DNA from: a virus
DNA: 64,000 nt
Virus record (IMG/VR): IMGVR_UViG_3300047476_001426
Coordinates: 1-64,000 of that record
Reading direction: 5' to 3' (one strand)
The notes beneath the pieces were generated by a model. That model saw nothing but the letters and a program-made list of their open reading frames with translations. It had not been told where the DNA came from and made no database searches. This document shows, in pieces, positions 17,853-27,795 of the stretch (its first letter is position 1; each line of letters starts with the position of its first letter). Both the position numbers and the translations under genes were made by a program.

Positions 17853-20746
17853 ATATTGGTTGCGTGGTAAGCGTAATCATTACCATTTGTTTGAATTATT
17901 TCATCTTCATTACTTTTAATACTTTCAGCTTGAAGGGAAACAACTTTTCTATTTAAATCAACCCAATAAGGGTCGGCCAAATTTAAACTATCCTCAACAT
18001 ACATGTAGAATGGGTCTCTATTTACCCTATTCCAAAAGAGAACCTCACTGTCTGATAAAGTCATTACCTCATCGTATTTATCTTGACCATCTTCTTTGAG
18101 AGGGAAACCGCTAACTAGCTCACATTGAGTTCTTGTAAAGTATTGTCTATCTTCAGGTTTTTCAACCAAAATATCGTGACGTATTTCAGGACTAAACACT
18201 ACCAAAAGAGGTTCAATTCTTTTATTGAAATTTGTCAGATATCTTGCAACATTATAATCCCCTGTCATATCGGGATTATTAGTTAATTCTTTTTCTGATA
18301 TCATGTAACAATTAATTTCAATATAATCAGGCGGTACTGGTTTATTGTATTTTAATAAAAATTCTTCTTGGTATTTTTTAGTTGGTTTACTTATCTTTTG
18401 AACATCACCATCTGATTTTTTTGTACCATTATTGATGTAGTAGATTGTTTCACCAAGACTTGCAGGATAATTATTTTGCATAACCAATTCCATGTGAGCT
18501 TGTCGTGACATCAAAGAACCCGCTTTTGTGGTCTTTTTAATGTGTTTCTTATAATCCTCAACAGATTGTTTCACACGAGATTTATTTGCAATCTTAGACA
18601 ATGGTATTTGTTTATCATAAATTTGTTGGACATACCTATAATAAAGTTCAACAAAAGATAACCCATCACCATTTAATAAATGTTTCAAACCCTCGTCTAA
18701 AAATTCAACAATATATTGTTGGAGTTTTTTAGATTTAATAGTATTACCGGTTAATTTAATCTTTTCTTTTCCCTTCTTCAGAAGTTTAATGATGTAGTTC
18801 TTTCTTGATACGTTAATACAAGCAGGTGCGGTATAGTCAATATCAAGACCCATTTCATTTCTCATGAAGGTATCATTAAATTCCGCAGTATCTGCTTCAA
18901 TTCCAATATATTCTTTACCCTCCTCAACTAACTCATTTAAACCTTTACCAATATAAATGTGAGTATTAATGTCATCAGGAGTTGAGAAGTTAACACCATC
19001 CGTATCCATTACCAAAGGTACATACCCTTTTTTCTCAAAGAACATAATCATCATACGAAGACATTGTCTTCCCGTACAAGTGATTGTTTCACCCATGTTC
19101 ATATCTCCCCATGGGAATACTTGAGGTGCGGAAAGTGAACCAAAATATGCGTTGATGAAAATCTTAATCGGTAACTGTTTGCGGTCGTACATTTCGGCTT
19201 CAACAGGGTTTGTTTTTGAAAGTTCACCAGCGAGTCTTTTGTATTTGATACGAATGTTTCGGAAATACTTTAACATTGATTTCTGAACACCCATAACATC
19301 ACATTCAGGGAAAACATCATACACCAATTGAATTGATGGGTATAGAGACGCGTAGTCAAATTTTACGATGTTTTTAGAATAACCAACATTTAACAATCTC
19401 GATAAACCACCTGTAATTGCTCTTTTTTCATCTTTAGCGGGTATTGCCAACCCATTTTCATAAGACCAAGCCAACATGATGATTTTCCAAAGAGTCGCGG
19501 TACCCATGGTGGCAATCCTTTCATATGTTGTTGGTACTAATTTAGAAAGTAAGAAAGTCGATTGGGAGAATGAATCGTCAACAACCATCGTTTCATACAA
19601 GTCATCGTCAAGATATTGTTCTACAATTCTTTGACCTGGCCATATCTCATATTTATTCGGGTATTTATCCAATAAATTTTCAGTACCAGGTTCACCTATT
19701 TTTTTGTATTTACCCGTTTTAGGATTCACATAGTAACTATCGTTCTCTAAATAAATTTTTGAAATAAACGCCCCATCCACATATACACGATTTGGTTTTT
19801 CTTTTTCCAAATACTGTGTAATGTATTTCAATCCCCAAGATTTAATTTCTGAATTGATTGCTTGAGCTCTCCTCACCGCGTGTGCAATGTCAACAATGTT
19901 GTGTCCCCATATCACATGTTGAGTATATGGCTCAACCTCATTAGCCAATTTAAGAACCCCTTCTTTTTGTTTGATACCATCAGATGTTAGGATTGCAGTA
20001 CACTCAACAATGTCTACACCTAATATTTCGGCTCTTTTAAGAATAAACGGAAAGTCAAATGATGCTGAGTTATACCCACCAATGATTGTTGGTTTCAATT
20101 CTTTTATTATTTCAAAAAACTGTTCAATACATTTTTTTTCACCGTCAGGACCAAAAGCGGGAATTGTTTTTTGTAAACCACGGTTGTCCTTTACCCCAAT
20201 GAGTATTATCTCGTTGGTTTCGGGTTCAAGACCCGTGGTCTCAATATCGAATACAAATCGATGAACACCTGAGTAATCATCAATACCTTTGAATAATCTT
20301 TTTTTCTTTTGAATGAGATACTGTTCAACAGGTGATAATATGGTAAACAAGTGTCTAAATTTATCACCCCAAGGGTCAATTCCTCCTTGTTTAAAAAAGT
20401 TTATTAACTCTCTATAACCTTTTAGGCTCTTGACTAAATAACATTGACCATTCTCAAGTCTATCATTCCCATGGGTCTCGAGTTTATCAATGATAATCCC
20501 GTATTCACCCATTTTTTTCTTTTGAATGGATTTACTTCCTTGATAAAAATTGCAAGAACTTAAATCACCCACCCAAAGAAATGGGGTTAATGAATCAGGT
20601 TTAATCACCTTACCCCTTACAGGGTCTTGAATAATTTTGTAGATTTTGTTGTTCGGGTAATCATATTCAACCCCAACAATGAATTCTTCGGGGTCCCAAC
20701 CATTTAAAAAGTTCTCGATTACCTCTTGAGAAATTACTTCTGACAT
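17849..20746 (-). CDS. Family B DNA polymerase
   Basis: 965 aa; exonuclease FDIETTG and GYNSASFDFPF; polymerase FDYASLYPS, KIFINAYFG, MDTDG motifs. Confidence 0.93.
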   Translation of the reverse strand: MSEVISQEVIENFLNGWDPEEFIVGVEYDYPNNKIYKIIQDPVRGKVIKPDSLTPFLWVGDLSSCNFYQGSKSIQKKKMGEYGIIIDKLETHGNDRLENGQCYLVKSLKGYRELINFFKQGGIDPWGDKFRHLFTILSPVEQYLIQKKKRLFKGIDDYSGVHRFVFDIETTGLEPETNEIILIGVKDNRGLQKTIPAFGPDGEKKCIEQFFEIIKELKPTIIGGYNSASFDFPFILKRAEILGVDIVECTAILTSDGIKQKEGVLKLANEVEPYTQHVIWGHNIVDIAHAVRRAQAINSEIKSWGLKYITQYLEKEKPNRVYVDGAFISKIYLENDSYYVNPKTGKYKKIGEPGTENLLDKYPNKYEIWPGQRIVEQYLDDDLYETMVVDDSFSQSTFLLSKLVPTTYERIATMGTATLWKIIMLAWSYENGLAIPAKDEKRAITGGLSRLLNVGYSKNIVKFDYASLYPSIQLVYDVFPECDVMGVQKSMLKYFRNIRIKYKRLAGELSKTNPVEAEMYDRKQLPIKIFINAYFGSLSAPQVFPWGDMNMGETITCTGRQCLRMMIMFFEKKGYVPLVMDTDGVNFSTPDDINTHIYIGKGLNELVEEGKEYIGIEADTAEFNDTFMRNEMGLDIDYTAPACINVSRKNYIIKLLKKGKEKIKLTGNTIKSKKLQQYIVEFLDEGLKHLLNGDGLSFVELYYRYVQQIYDKQIPLSKIANKSRVKQSVEDYKKHIKKTTKAGSLMSRQAHMELVMQNNYPASLGETIYYINNGTKKSDGDVQKISKPTKKYQEEFLLKYNKPVPPDYIEINCYMISEKELTNNPDMTGDYNVARYLTNFNKRIEPLLVVFSPEIRHDILVEKPEDRQYFTRTQCELVSGFPLKEDGQDKYDEVMTLSDSEVLFWNRVNRDPFYMYVEDSLNLADPYWVDLNRKVVSLQAESIKSNEDEIIQTNGNDYAYHATNI

Positions 20747-20831
20747 ATCGTATATTTTGTTTTGACATATTAGCTTACAACACCTTGTTGTAGTTCGCCT
20801 TACACAAAGTATACGAAATACTTATCACAAA

Positions 20832-21200
20832 TCAAAATACAGTGATAAATAATTTTTCTTTTACGGGAAGAATCAGTTTTGTTGTGGGATTTAGATTGGT
20901 ATCAAGGAATTGAATAGTTATCTTACCTTCATATTTACCAATTTTTGATGTTTGAGATTCTGTAAATCTGTGAGTTATATAATACTCGTCAGTGGTTTGA
21001 TTGTATTTCTTATCTCTCGTTGTTATTAAACAATCTGAATTCAATATTTCAGGTTCACCTGTTTTTGAATCGTACATGTCAAATGTAATGTCACAACTTT
21101 CTAATAAATCGTTAAATCCCGATTTATCATTTTTACCATCATCAATTAACCTCATTTTAAGTATTGGGTCAGATGCTCCTTGTCGTATAAAAAATTCCAT
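20832..21200 (-). CDS. Putative virion structural protein (BppU-N-like Ig fold)
   Basis: 122 aa, beta-rich; in operon with fibre-like genes. Confidence 0.35.
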   Translation of the reverse strand: MEFFIRQGASDPILKMRLIDDGKNDKSGFNDLLESCDITFDMYDSKTGEPEILNSDCLITTRDKKYNQTTDEYYITHRFTESQTSKIGKYEGKITIQFLDTNLNPTTKLILPVKEKLFITVF

Positions 21201-21205
21201 ATTGA

Positions 21206-21841
21206 TTAATAAATTTTATTTAACACAAAAATATCACTCATGATACTATTCAAAGGACTATTAGAACTAAATTCCGCAGTAACATCCAGTACATTATTAA
21301 TGGTTGTATCAAACGTTGTGTTATTAACTGTGTTAAACGCGAATCCTGTTTGAGAACCGTTTGATTGTTTTGTTGTATGAAAAACACCAAGAGCAACAAT
21401 ACTTGCCACACCCGCAACACCAATTTGTCTAACTGTAAAGTTAACAGACAATTGAAATACATCATCAACCGAAGTTGTCATAGTTTGGGCACCACTATCC
21501 GCCAATATAACAGAACCTGTTTTAATTCTAATTCTTATGGTATCATTATTTTTTGCCGATAGTAAACCACCAAAATCGGCTCTAAAAGAATCACCAATAG
21601 AAAAACCATTAGCGGGTACAGTAATCGTACCTTTTCCCCCATTTATTATTGTGGTTTCCAAAGTAGTACCACTAACTGTGATACTATTTCCTGTTTGAGC
21701 AAATAAACCATAAACCGTTGGGAACGGTGCTAAATTACCATTTTTAATTTTATATGTTGTTCCACCTTGAGAAACAGCGAATTCCGCGTTTGCGGTTAAA
21801 CCCGTTATTTCTGGTAATTGTGATATTGGTAGATTCGCCAT
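21206..21841 (-). CDS. Putative tail fibre/appendage protein
   Basis: 211 aa; MANLPISQLP N-terminus typical of phage fibre proteins; Thr/Gly-rich. Confidence 0.45.
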   Translation of the reverse strand: MANLPISQLPEITGLTANAEFAVSQGGTTYKIKNGNLAPFPTVYGLFAQTGNSITVSGTTLETTIINGGKGTITVPANGFSIGDSFRADFGGLLSAKNNDTIRIRIKTGSVILADSGAQTMTTSVDDVFQLSVNFTVRQIGVAGVASIVALGVFHTTKQSNGSQTGFAFNTVNNTTFDTTINNVLDVTAEFSSNSPLNSIMSDIFVLNKIY

Positions 21842-21845
21842 ATTC

Positions 21846-21853
21846 TATAAATA
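21846..21853 (-). promoter_or_regulatory. Putative late promoter motif TATTTATA
   Basis: 4 nt before ATG at 21841. Confidence 0.6.
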
Positions 21854-21869
21854 CTTCATTATTTAATTA

Positions 21870-22910
21870 TTAATAAGTCTGTGATGTTTGCCATGTGTTT
21901 CTCGCAACAGTCGCACTAAAACCGGACACCGTATGTAATGTTGTCCATGTCGTACCATTGTTACTTCCAGCTATTGTCCAAGATTTTGGGTCCCTACCTT
22001 CTTCATCATTAGCGGTAGCCCATCTATATCCCGTAAACGCCCTTGCAGTTGAAAATTGGAATATAAAGTTGGTTACATTTCCATTTGACACAAAATTTAA
22101 ATCTAGAGCTTTCAGTGATAAACTACCATCAACTAATTTTGATGGTTCCTCACCCACGGGATTATTACCACCTGGATTTGTCACAGTTACAGTACCCCAA
22201 GATTGGTCCACACCACCTATTTGAAATGCAAATTCGGATGATTGAACCGCGTTAGCGTTAGGTGGCATTATCTTGGTTTCTGTGATTTGCCATCTATAAT
22301 ACGTAAATGCGGGTCTTGATGGTGTTGGAGTAATTGATGGAGTTACTGATGATGTTGGTGTAACCGATGGTGTCCTACTTGGAGTGACCGATGGGGTTAG
22401 AGATGGTGTTCTACTTGGTGTTACTGATGGTGTTGGTGTTACAGAAGGAGTTACACTTGGCGTTACAGATGGAGTTACTGATGGGGTAACAGAGCTAGTA
22501 ACAGATGGTGTAACACTCGATGTTGGTGTTACGGAAGGTGTTTTACTTGGTGTAAGTGATGGTGTGATAGATGGAGTTGACGTTAATGAAGGTGTTACCG
22601 ACATAGTTGGTGTAACAGTCGGTGTCGGTGAAGGTCCCGTTTCAATTATTATTTTAGAATAATTTTCTTGGAAAATATAATCACCATTTTCTTGTAATAA
22701 GAAATTACCCGAAAGGTCCTCAACATATAAAGTACATGTACTACCAAAAGCCGGAAAAAACAATGAATATGTCCCATAAAAATAAGGCGCAACATAATCG
22801 TATGGTAAAACTTGTGTACCCAAATTAATAGTCCCACCCGTATCGGGATAGTATGTAATAACCGCCGATTGACCAGTATAATTTGTTGAGACTATTTTTA
22901 AAGTATCCAT
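21870..22910 (-). CDS. Virion appendage protein with Pro/Thr/Ser linker and C-terminal discoidin (F5/8 type C)-like domain
   Basis: LLQENGD motif, ~100-aa TPSV repeats, then YYRWQIT...[26 protein letters not shown]. Confidence 0.55.
   Translation of the reverse strand: MDTLKIVSTNYTGQSAVITYYPDTGGTINLGTQVLPYDYVAPYFYGTYSLFFPAFGSTCTLYVEDLSGNFLLQENGDYIFQENYSKIIIETGPSPTPTVTPTMSVTPSLTSTPSITPSLTPSKTPSVTPTSSVTPSVTSSVTPSVTPSVTPSVTPSVTPTPSVTPSRTPSLTPSVTPSRTPSVTPTSSVTPSITPTPSRPAFTYYRWQITETKIMPPNANAVQSSEFAFQIGGVDQSWGTVTVTNPGGNNPVGEEPSKLVDGSLSLKALDLNFVSNGNVTNFIFQFSTARAFTGYRWATANDEEGRDPKSWTIAGSNNGTTWTTLHTVSGFSATVARNTWQTSQTY
22310..22635 (-). repeat. Coding low-complexity tandem repeat (TPSV)n
   Basis: Repeated TPSVTPS/TPTPS units with synonymous-codon variation. 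Confidence 0.85.
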
Positions 22911-22942
22911 TTATTTAAAATATAATATTTTGTTTAGTATTT

Positions 22943-24313
22943 TTAAAGTCCTACCATACTATCTACACAATCTTCAACACATTCAATTATATCGTAATTT
23001 GGTTTAATATCAACCAAATAATGATGTCTTACCCTTACGTAGTTTAATGGTTCTTGATAATATTGGACTCTTTTAAAATTAAAACAAGAAGTACCCATAT
23101 TATGAATACCACCCGAATATTGAGTACCACCAGCCCATGATTGTATAAATGGTTGGTCACCTCGTGTTGATGGTATGACTTCTTCCCATCCTTTTAATTT
23201 ATAGATTGTTCTACCATTTAAATAAATTTTTAAAGTACCCAATCTTCTATTTCTTTCCGATGCCCATTTTTTATTTAATTCTTCCGCGGTCGTGTAAATA
23301 GTTGTTTGTGTTGAGGTTACCGCGGTGACGACAGTATCGGTATATGGTATCGTTTTTATTCCCGGTATTAAATCATTCCACCCACCATCATTTTCTAAAT
23401 TACAATCTGTATAATACTTATCTCGTTCAAAAGTAATTGTAACATTAAAATCTCTTGACGTACCACTAACACACAATACTGGTGTTTGACCTGATGAGGT
23501 GTAATATGATTCTGTATAACCACTATCGGTCACACAAACACCTGAATATCGAATTGCTCTCCATTGTATTCTACCATCATTTGTAAATGAAAATGATAGA
23601 TTATTATCGGCGTAATTTGATATTGAACTCTCATTTCTAACACCTAAATAATAAATTGTTCTACCACTTGTCCAATCAGAACCATCTTTATTAAGTACTA
23701 AATCAATTGTCCAACCCTTTTCATTTCTTCTCTGTACTTTGTAAGAACAATTATCGGTTCCAGCACCATGATTTATTTGATACGCCCACGGCTTTGCGGT
23801 TGGAATTGGGTCTTGTGGGCAACAATTATCACTGATGATTTCTGTGACACAAGGATACTTGGCACCAATCCCATTAAAATTTGCAACATTTAAAGAATAA
23901 GGATTGGACGTGGGGTCATTATAAATGTTCCCATTATGAACAAAATAATGTTTATAACCACTTCCATCGATGTATTCATAAACATCATTCTCTAAAATTA
24001 AATCTGAATTTTGTAGTTGAGTCGTGAATCCACTGTAGGGTAAAATCCAAGACCAACCTGAGAACAGTGAACCTGTTATATAAGTAGTTAAATTCACTTC
24101 AATTAAAGATATAGTATCTCTTACACAATCAGTCCCAGTCATACCTGTTGTGTTAATAGTCAATCCGGTATATGGTATACTATTATCTAAATCCAAAACC
24201 AAACTGTCATAATCTAATTCAGTTTTAGAAATTTCGTAATCGTAATATTCCGAAGAATCGAGTTGTAAATCTAATTTACTTCCCCAAAATTTAAGTATGT
24301 TTTGACTATTCAT
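22943..24313 (-). CDS. Putative virion structural protein (LamG/concanavalin-like)
   Basis: 456 aa; LSFSFTNDGRIQWR and LKIYLNG motifs; late motif upstream. Confidence 0.4.
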   Translation of the reverse strand: MNSQNILKFWGSKLDLQLDSSEYYDYEISKTELDYDSLVLDLDNSIPYTGLTINTTGMTGTDCVRDTISLIEVNLTTYITGSLFSGWSWILPYSGFTTQLQNSDLILENDVYEYIDGSGYKHYFVHNGNIYNDPTSNPYSLNVANFNGIGAKYPCVTEIISDNCCPQDPIPTAKPWAYQINHGAGTDNCSYKVQRRNEKGWTIDLVLNKDGSDWTSGRTIYYLGVRNESSISNYADNNLSFSFTNDGRIQWRAIRYSGVCVTDSGYTESYYTSSGQTPVLCVSGTSRDFNVTITFERDKYYTDCNLENDGGWNDLIPGIKTIPYTDTVVTAVTSTQTTIYTTAEELNKKWASERNRRLGTLKIYLNGRTIYKLKGWEEVIPSTRGDQPFIQSWAGGTQYSGGIHNMGTSCFNFKRVQYYQEPLNYVRVRHHYLVDIKPNYDIIECVEDCVDSMVGL

Positions 24314-24320
24314 GCTATTC

Positions 24321-24353
24321 TATAAATATCTTTCCTTTCTTTTGATATTTATA
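24321..24353. promoter_or_regulatory. Divergent pair of putative late motifs
   Basis: TATAAATA at 24321-24328 (TATTTATA on minus, 7 nt before 24313) and TATTTATA at 24346-24353 (17 nt before 24371). Confidence 0.55.
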
Positions 24354-24370
24354 TTTAAAAAGATAATTGC

Positions 24371-25129
24371 ATGGATAAATACATTAAAAATATAATTGAG
24401 GAAACTTTTGCGTCTAAAAAACAACAGAGATACTTCTATGCAAAAGCAAATGACAAGTCAATTTCAAAAAAAGAAAGAAATAAATGGTCTAAATGGGCTA
24501 AAGAGTATTCGGATGATACTGATTTTGAAAAAATACCAGAAAAGGTTGAAACTGAAGTAGATGAGATAGTTGACGAAAAAGGTAATATTGCTAGAAAAAA
24601 GACCCCTGAAACAAAATCAAGTAAGGGAGCGTCAAAGTCAATGACAGATAAGGTGGTTAAGACGGGTGCGGGTTCAATGGGTATACATGGTGTTCATGGT
24701 ACTCACACATCTTTAAGATATTGGGCTGAATCAGATTTGAGTAAAGCTTTAGGTTATGAAAAAACTTTAGGTCAGGACGAGGATATCGAAAATGCTTATG
24801 AATATTTTGAAGATGACCTTGGTATGGATGATGATGAAAGTAAAGAAAGATTATCATCTTATGGATATGATGAGAATTTAAAGGGTGATAAAGTTAGATT
24901 AATTGAAAACCCTAAAAAATTCGTAAAAGACTACGTTGAAAGTGTAATTAAAAAGAAATCGTCATCAGAAGATTTGGTAAAAAAAGACCAAACTGAAGAT
25001 ATTAAAACCGAATTAAACCCAATTATTAAAAGACAGGTAATGTCTCTAAAAAATACGTTGGTAAAAAATAATTTATCAGTTGAGGATGTAATTAACATTC
25101 TTAAATCAGAGGACGAAACCGATGAATAA
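24371..25129 (+). CDS. Hypothetical protein, candidate head-internal protein
   Basis: 252 aa, charged; IIEE then FASKKQQRYFYA basic motif. Confidence 0.6.
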   Translation: MDKYIKNIIEETFASKKQQRYFYAKANDKSISKKERNKWSKWAKEYSDDTDFEKIPEKVETEVDEIVDEKGNIARKKTPETKSSKGASKSMTDKVVKTGAGSMGIHGVHGTHTSLRYWAESDLSKALGYEKTLGQDEDIENAYEYFEDDLGMDDDESKERLSSYGYDENLKGDKVRLIENPKKFVKDYVESVIKKKSSSEDLVKKDQTEDIKTELNPIIKRQVMSLKNTLVKNNLSVEDVINILKSEDETDE

Positions 25130-25619
25130 AGAATTAAAAGGAAGGATTTTTGATATCCCACAAGACATTTTAGACAAAATAAATCATACAGTCGTTGGTT
25201 TAAATGGTGAAAATGTGCGTGGTATTCAAAGAGCTAAAAAACTTTTAATTGATAAAAAAGTAAAATACGGTCAACTTAAAAGGATAATTCACGATATCCA
25301 AAACATGGATAAAATGAATGAAAAAGTTAAATATGACTTATGTGGTGGAGATTTGATGGAAAAATGGGCTAAACAATTTTTACAGGGTGAAAGAGATTTG
25401 ATAAGTAATAGAAAAGATTCCAAAAAAAGAGCTGACGATATTACATCAATGACCGGAGAAAGAAAAAATAGTCACCTCAAATCACATAAAAAAAATTTTA
25501 GTTTCAAAATTCCAACAAATTTAGTTAAAAGTAATTCACACAAAACCAGTATTTCACCTTTAACTTCCATGAAATTATTTGAAGAAATGGACAAAATAAA
25601 AAAATTAATTAATTATTAA
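25122..25619 (+). CDS. Hypothetical protein
   Basis: 165 aa, overlaps upstream stop; ends LFEEMDKIKKLINY. Confidence 0.6.
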   Translation: MNKELKGRIFDIPQDILDKINHTVVGLNGENVRGIQRAKKLLIDKKVKYGQLKRIIHDIQNMDKMNEKVKYDLCGGDLMEKWAKQFLQGERDLISNRKDSKKRADDITSMTGERKNSHLKSHKKNFSFKIPTNLVKSNSHKTSISPLTSMKLFEEMDKIKKLINY

Positions 25620-25620
25620 T

Positions 25621-26286
25621 ATGCCAACACAATTAGAAATAATCGGAGACAGAGAAAGAAACCTTCTTGTATCAAGAAATGAATACAACTACGGGGACTT
25701 ATATAGTTCAAGTAACACAGGTGCGTTATCAGACGGTGACGAAAGAGGTAAGGGTGAGTTAAGTGGTAATATTGGTTCAAAAACCGATATCGGTGAAAGA
25801 ACCTCATTACAAGCTAAAAACATTTATGGACCAACTAATCAGTATGGAAGTGGTAATGCCAACGCACTTTCAGACGGTGATGAAAAAGGTAAAGGAGAGT
25901 TAAGTGGTAACGTAGGTTCTAAGACTGATATCACAGAAAGAAACACTTTGATGGCGAAAAACGTCTACAATAATTCGTTTCAGTACTCTTCAGGTAACCC
26001 TAACGCATTATCAGACGGTGACGAAAGAGGAAGAGGTGAAAACAACTCTGGCGGTATTGGTACTTTAACTGATATCAATGAAAGAACAACTCTTATCGCT
26101 AAAAATATTTACAATAATAATTTTGCGTATTCATCAGTAAATCCTAACGCACTATCAGATGGTGATGAAAGAGGTCGAGGTGAAAACAATTCCGGTGGAG
26201 TTGGTACCGTAACCGATATAAACGAAAGAACTGTTTTGAGTGCAAAAAATAAATACGGTAGCACAAAAACTTATCCCGATTTTTAA
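25621..26286 (+). CDS. Protein of ~4.5 tandem 47-48-aa repeats (NALSDGDExGRGE core)
   Basis: DNA repeat cores at 25729, 25870, 26011, 26155 (periods 141, 141, 144 nt). Confidence 0.75.
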   Translation: MPTQLEIIGDRERNLLVSRNEYNYGDLYSSSNTGALSDGDERGKGELSGNIGSKTDIGERTSLQAKNIYGPTNQYGSGNANALSDGDEKGKGELSGNVGSKTDITERNTLMAKNVYNNSFQYSSGNPNALSDGDERGRGENNSGGIGTLTDINERTTLIAKNIYNNNFAYSSVNPNALSDGDERGRGENNSGGVGTVTDINERTVLSAKNKYGSTKTYPDF

Positions 26287-27137
26287 TGATTAATTTCGAG
26301 TCAATATTAATAAACATTTTATCTGAAGCACCTTCAAGGGGAACTCAAAAAACTCTTGAATACGCTATTAAAAATAGAATGCCAGTTTCTTTTGACTACA
26401 GAGGTCCAAGAGGTGAAGTATTACCGGGAAGAAGAATTAAAACAGAATTAGTCGCATCAGGTCTAACAAAAAAAGGAAACTTAGCATTTAGAGGATGGGT
26501 CCAACCACCGTCGGTATCCAAAAAAGGATTTACCGAACATGGATGGAGAACCTTTTTATTAGATAGAATATCCTCAGGTTCAATTCAAGTCTATGAAGAT
26601 GAACAATTTGATAATAAAAGACCTGGTTACAAAGAAGGTGACGATAGTAGTTTTTCAACAACTTATGTGACAAGTGATTGGGGTACAACATTACCAACAC
26701 CACAAGAGAAAAAACCAAGTAAAACGCCAACACCAAAACAAGAACCCGAAAAACAAAAATTACCTGAACCGAAACCAAAGGAAAAACCATCAGCATCCCC
26801 TGTTGAAGTACCAAAAAGAGAAATTGAGGTTTTCAATGATTTAAAAACTAAAATCAAAGTTGTTGATAATATTAAACAAATTAGTCCCGAGGATTTTAAA
26901 AATGCGATTGACGATTTGTATAAAAGGAAGATGGATGATTGGAAAAAATCACAAGTCGATATTGGGGGTAACACCAATGCTGGTGAGGGGACAAGAAGAA
27001 GAATTGAAAAAGATTCTGAATCTGATTTAGATAGATTATTAAAACAAGACAATATCAAGATAATTGAACCATCTTCAGAAGAAACGGTGGAATTACAAGA
27101 ACAATTAAACAGAATCAAGACTTTAATTTTCTTTTAA
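26286..27137 (+). CDS. WYL-like domain protein with Pro/Lys-rich linker
   Basis: VSFDYRGP...RRIKTELVASG...FRGW...WRTFLLDRI matches the WYL signature R.F.LDRI. Confidence 0.6.
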   Translation: MINFESILINILSEAPSRGTQKTLEYAIKNRMPVSFDYRGPRGEVLPGRRIKTELVASGLTKKGNLAFRGWVQPPSVSKKGFTEHGWRTFLLDRISSGSIQVYEDEQFDNKRPGYKEGDDSSFSTTYVTSDWGTTLPTPQEKKPSKTPTPKQEPEKQKLPEPKPKEKPSASPVEVPKREIEVFNDLKTKIKVVDNIKQISPEDFKNAIDDLYKRKMDDWKKSQVDIGGNTNAGEGTRRRIEKDSESDLDRLLKQDNIKIIEPSSEETVELQEQLNRIKTLIFF

Positions 27138-27164
27138 AAATACTTATTTTATAAAAAAATCAAT

Positions 27165-27743
27165 ATGGAAAACACAGGAACTGGAGTACTATCACAAAAT
27201 GACTTAATGCAAAGATTGGTACAAGCAAAAAAAGTTTTAAACAAAGTAGAAAACGGTAATTACGAAAAAGGTAATGTTAATGAAGAAATATTAAGGTCTA
27301 ATCCTGAAGAACTCATGTCAACCGAAAATTCCGCACCAATCAGACAACCACAACAACCAAATCTTCAAAAAATACAGGAATCTAAATTACCTGAAGCGAT
27401 TAAAAGAGCGATGATTGAAAATCCAATACCTCAAATTAGTTTATCAGATTCCTTAGATTTAAATTTTGTTGAGAAAACAAAGAAACTAATGGAGAATGAA
27501 GGTGTTGCAACTAAAAAATCGTCGACACAAAGAAGTTCTTCAGTTGATAGTTCTGATTTAGTAAAACAATTAACTCCAATAATTGAGAACATTGTAAGAA
27601 AGACTGTTGTTGAAATTATGGATAGTAAACTGAATCAAATATTAACCGCACAACAAACCATGTCCATCAATGAAAACTTGGTTTTAAAAGTGGGTGACTC
27701 TGTCTTCAAAGGAAAAATTACAGGTGTAAATAAATCAAAGTAA
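27165..27743 (+). CDS. Hypothetical protein
   Basis: 192-aa ORF, normal spacing and codon usage. Confidence 0.6.
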   Translation: MENTGTGVLSQNDLMQRLVQAKKVLNKVENGNYEKGNVNEEILRSNPEELMSTENSAPIRQPQQPNLQKIQESKLPEAIKRAMIENPIPQISLSDSLDLNFVEKTKKLMENEGVATKKSSTQRSSSVDSSDLVKQLTPIIENIVRKTVVEIMDSKLNQILTAQQTMSINENLVLKVGDSVFKGKITGVNKSK

Positions 27744-27744
27744 G

Positions 27745-27775
27745 TTTGACTTTTCGAATTTTTTTCTTATACTTT
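27745..27775 (+). promoter_or_regulatory. Host-type promoter TTTG-N19-TATACTTT
   Basis: Upstream of glycosyltransferase operon; same architecture found upstream of polB. Confidence 0.5.
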
Positions 27776-27795
27776 ATAAAAAGGAAAGAATTTGA

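Noticed and set aside
22384-22662. Val/Thr/Asp/Gly-repeat + strand ORF
   Set aside because: Antisense shadow of the TPSV coding repeat
25729-26175. Regularly spaced ~20-bp direct repeats resembling a CRISPR array
   Set aside because: Period is 141-144 nt and in frame, spacers are homologous to each other, variation is synonymous; no cas genes
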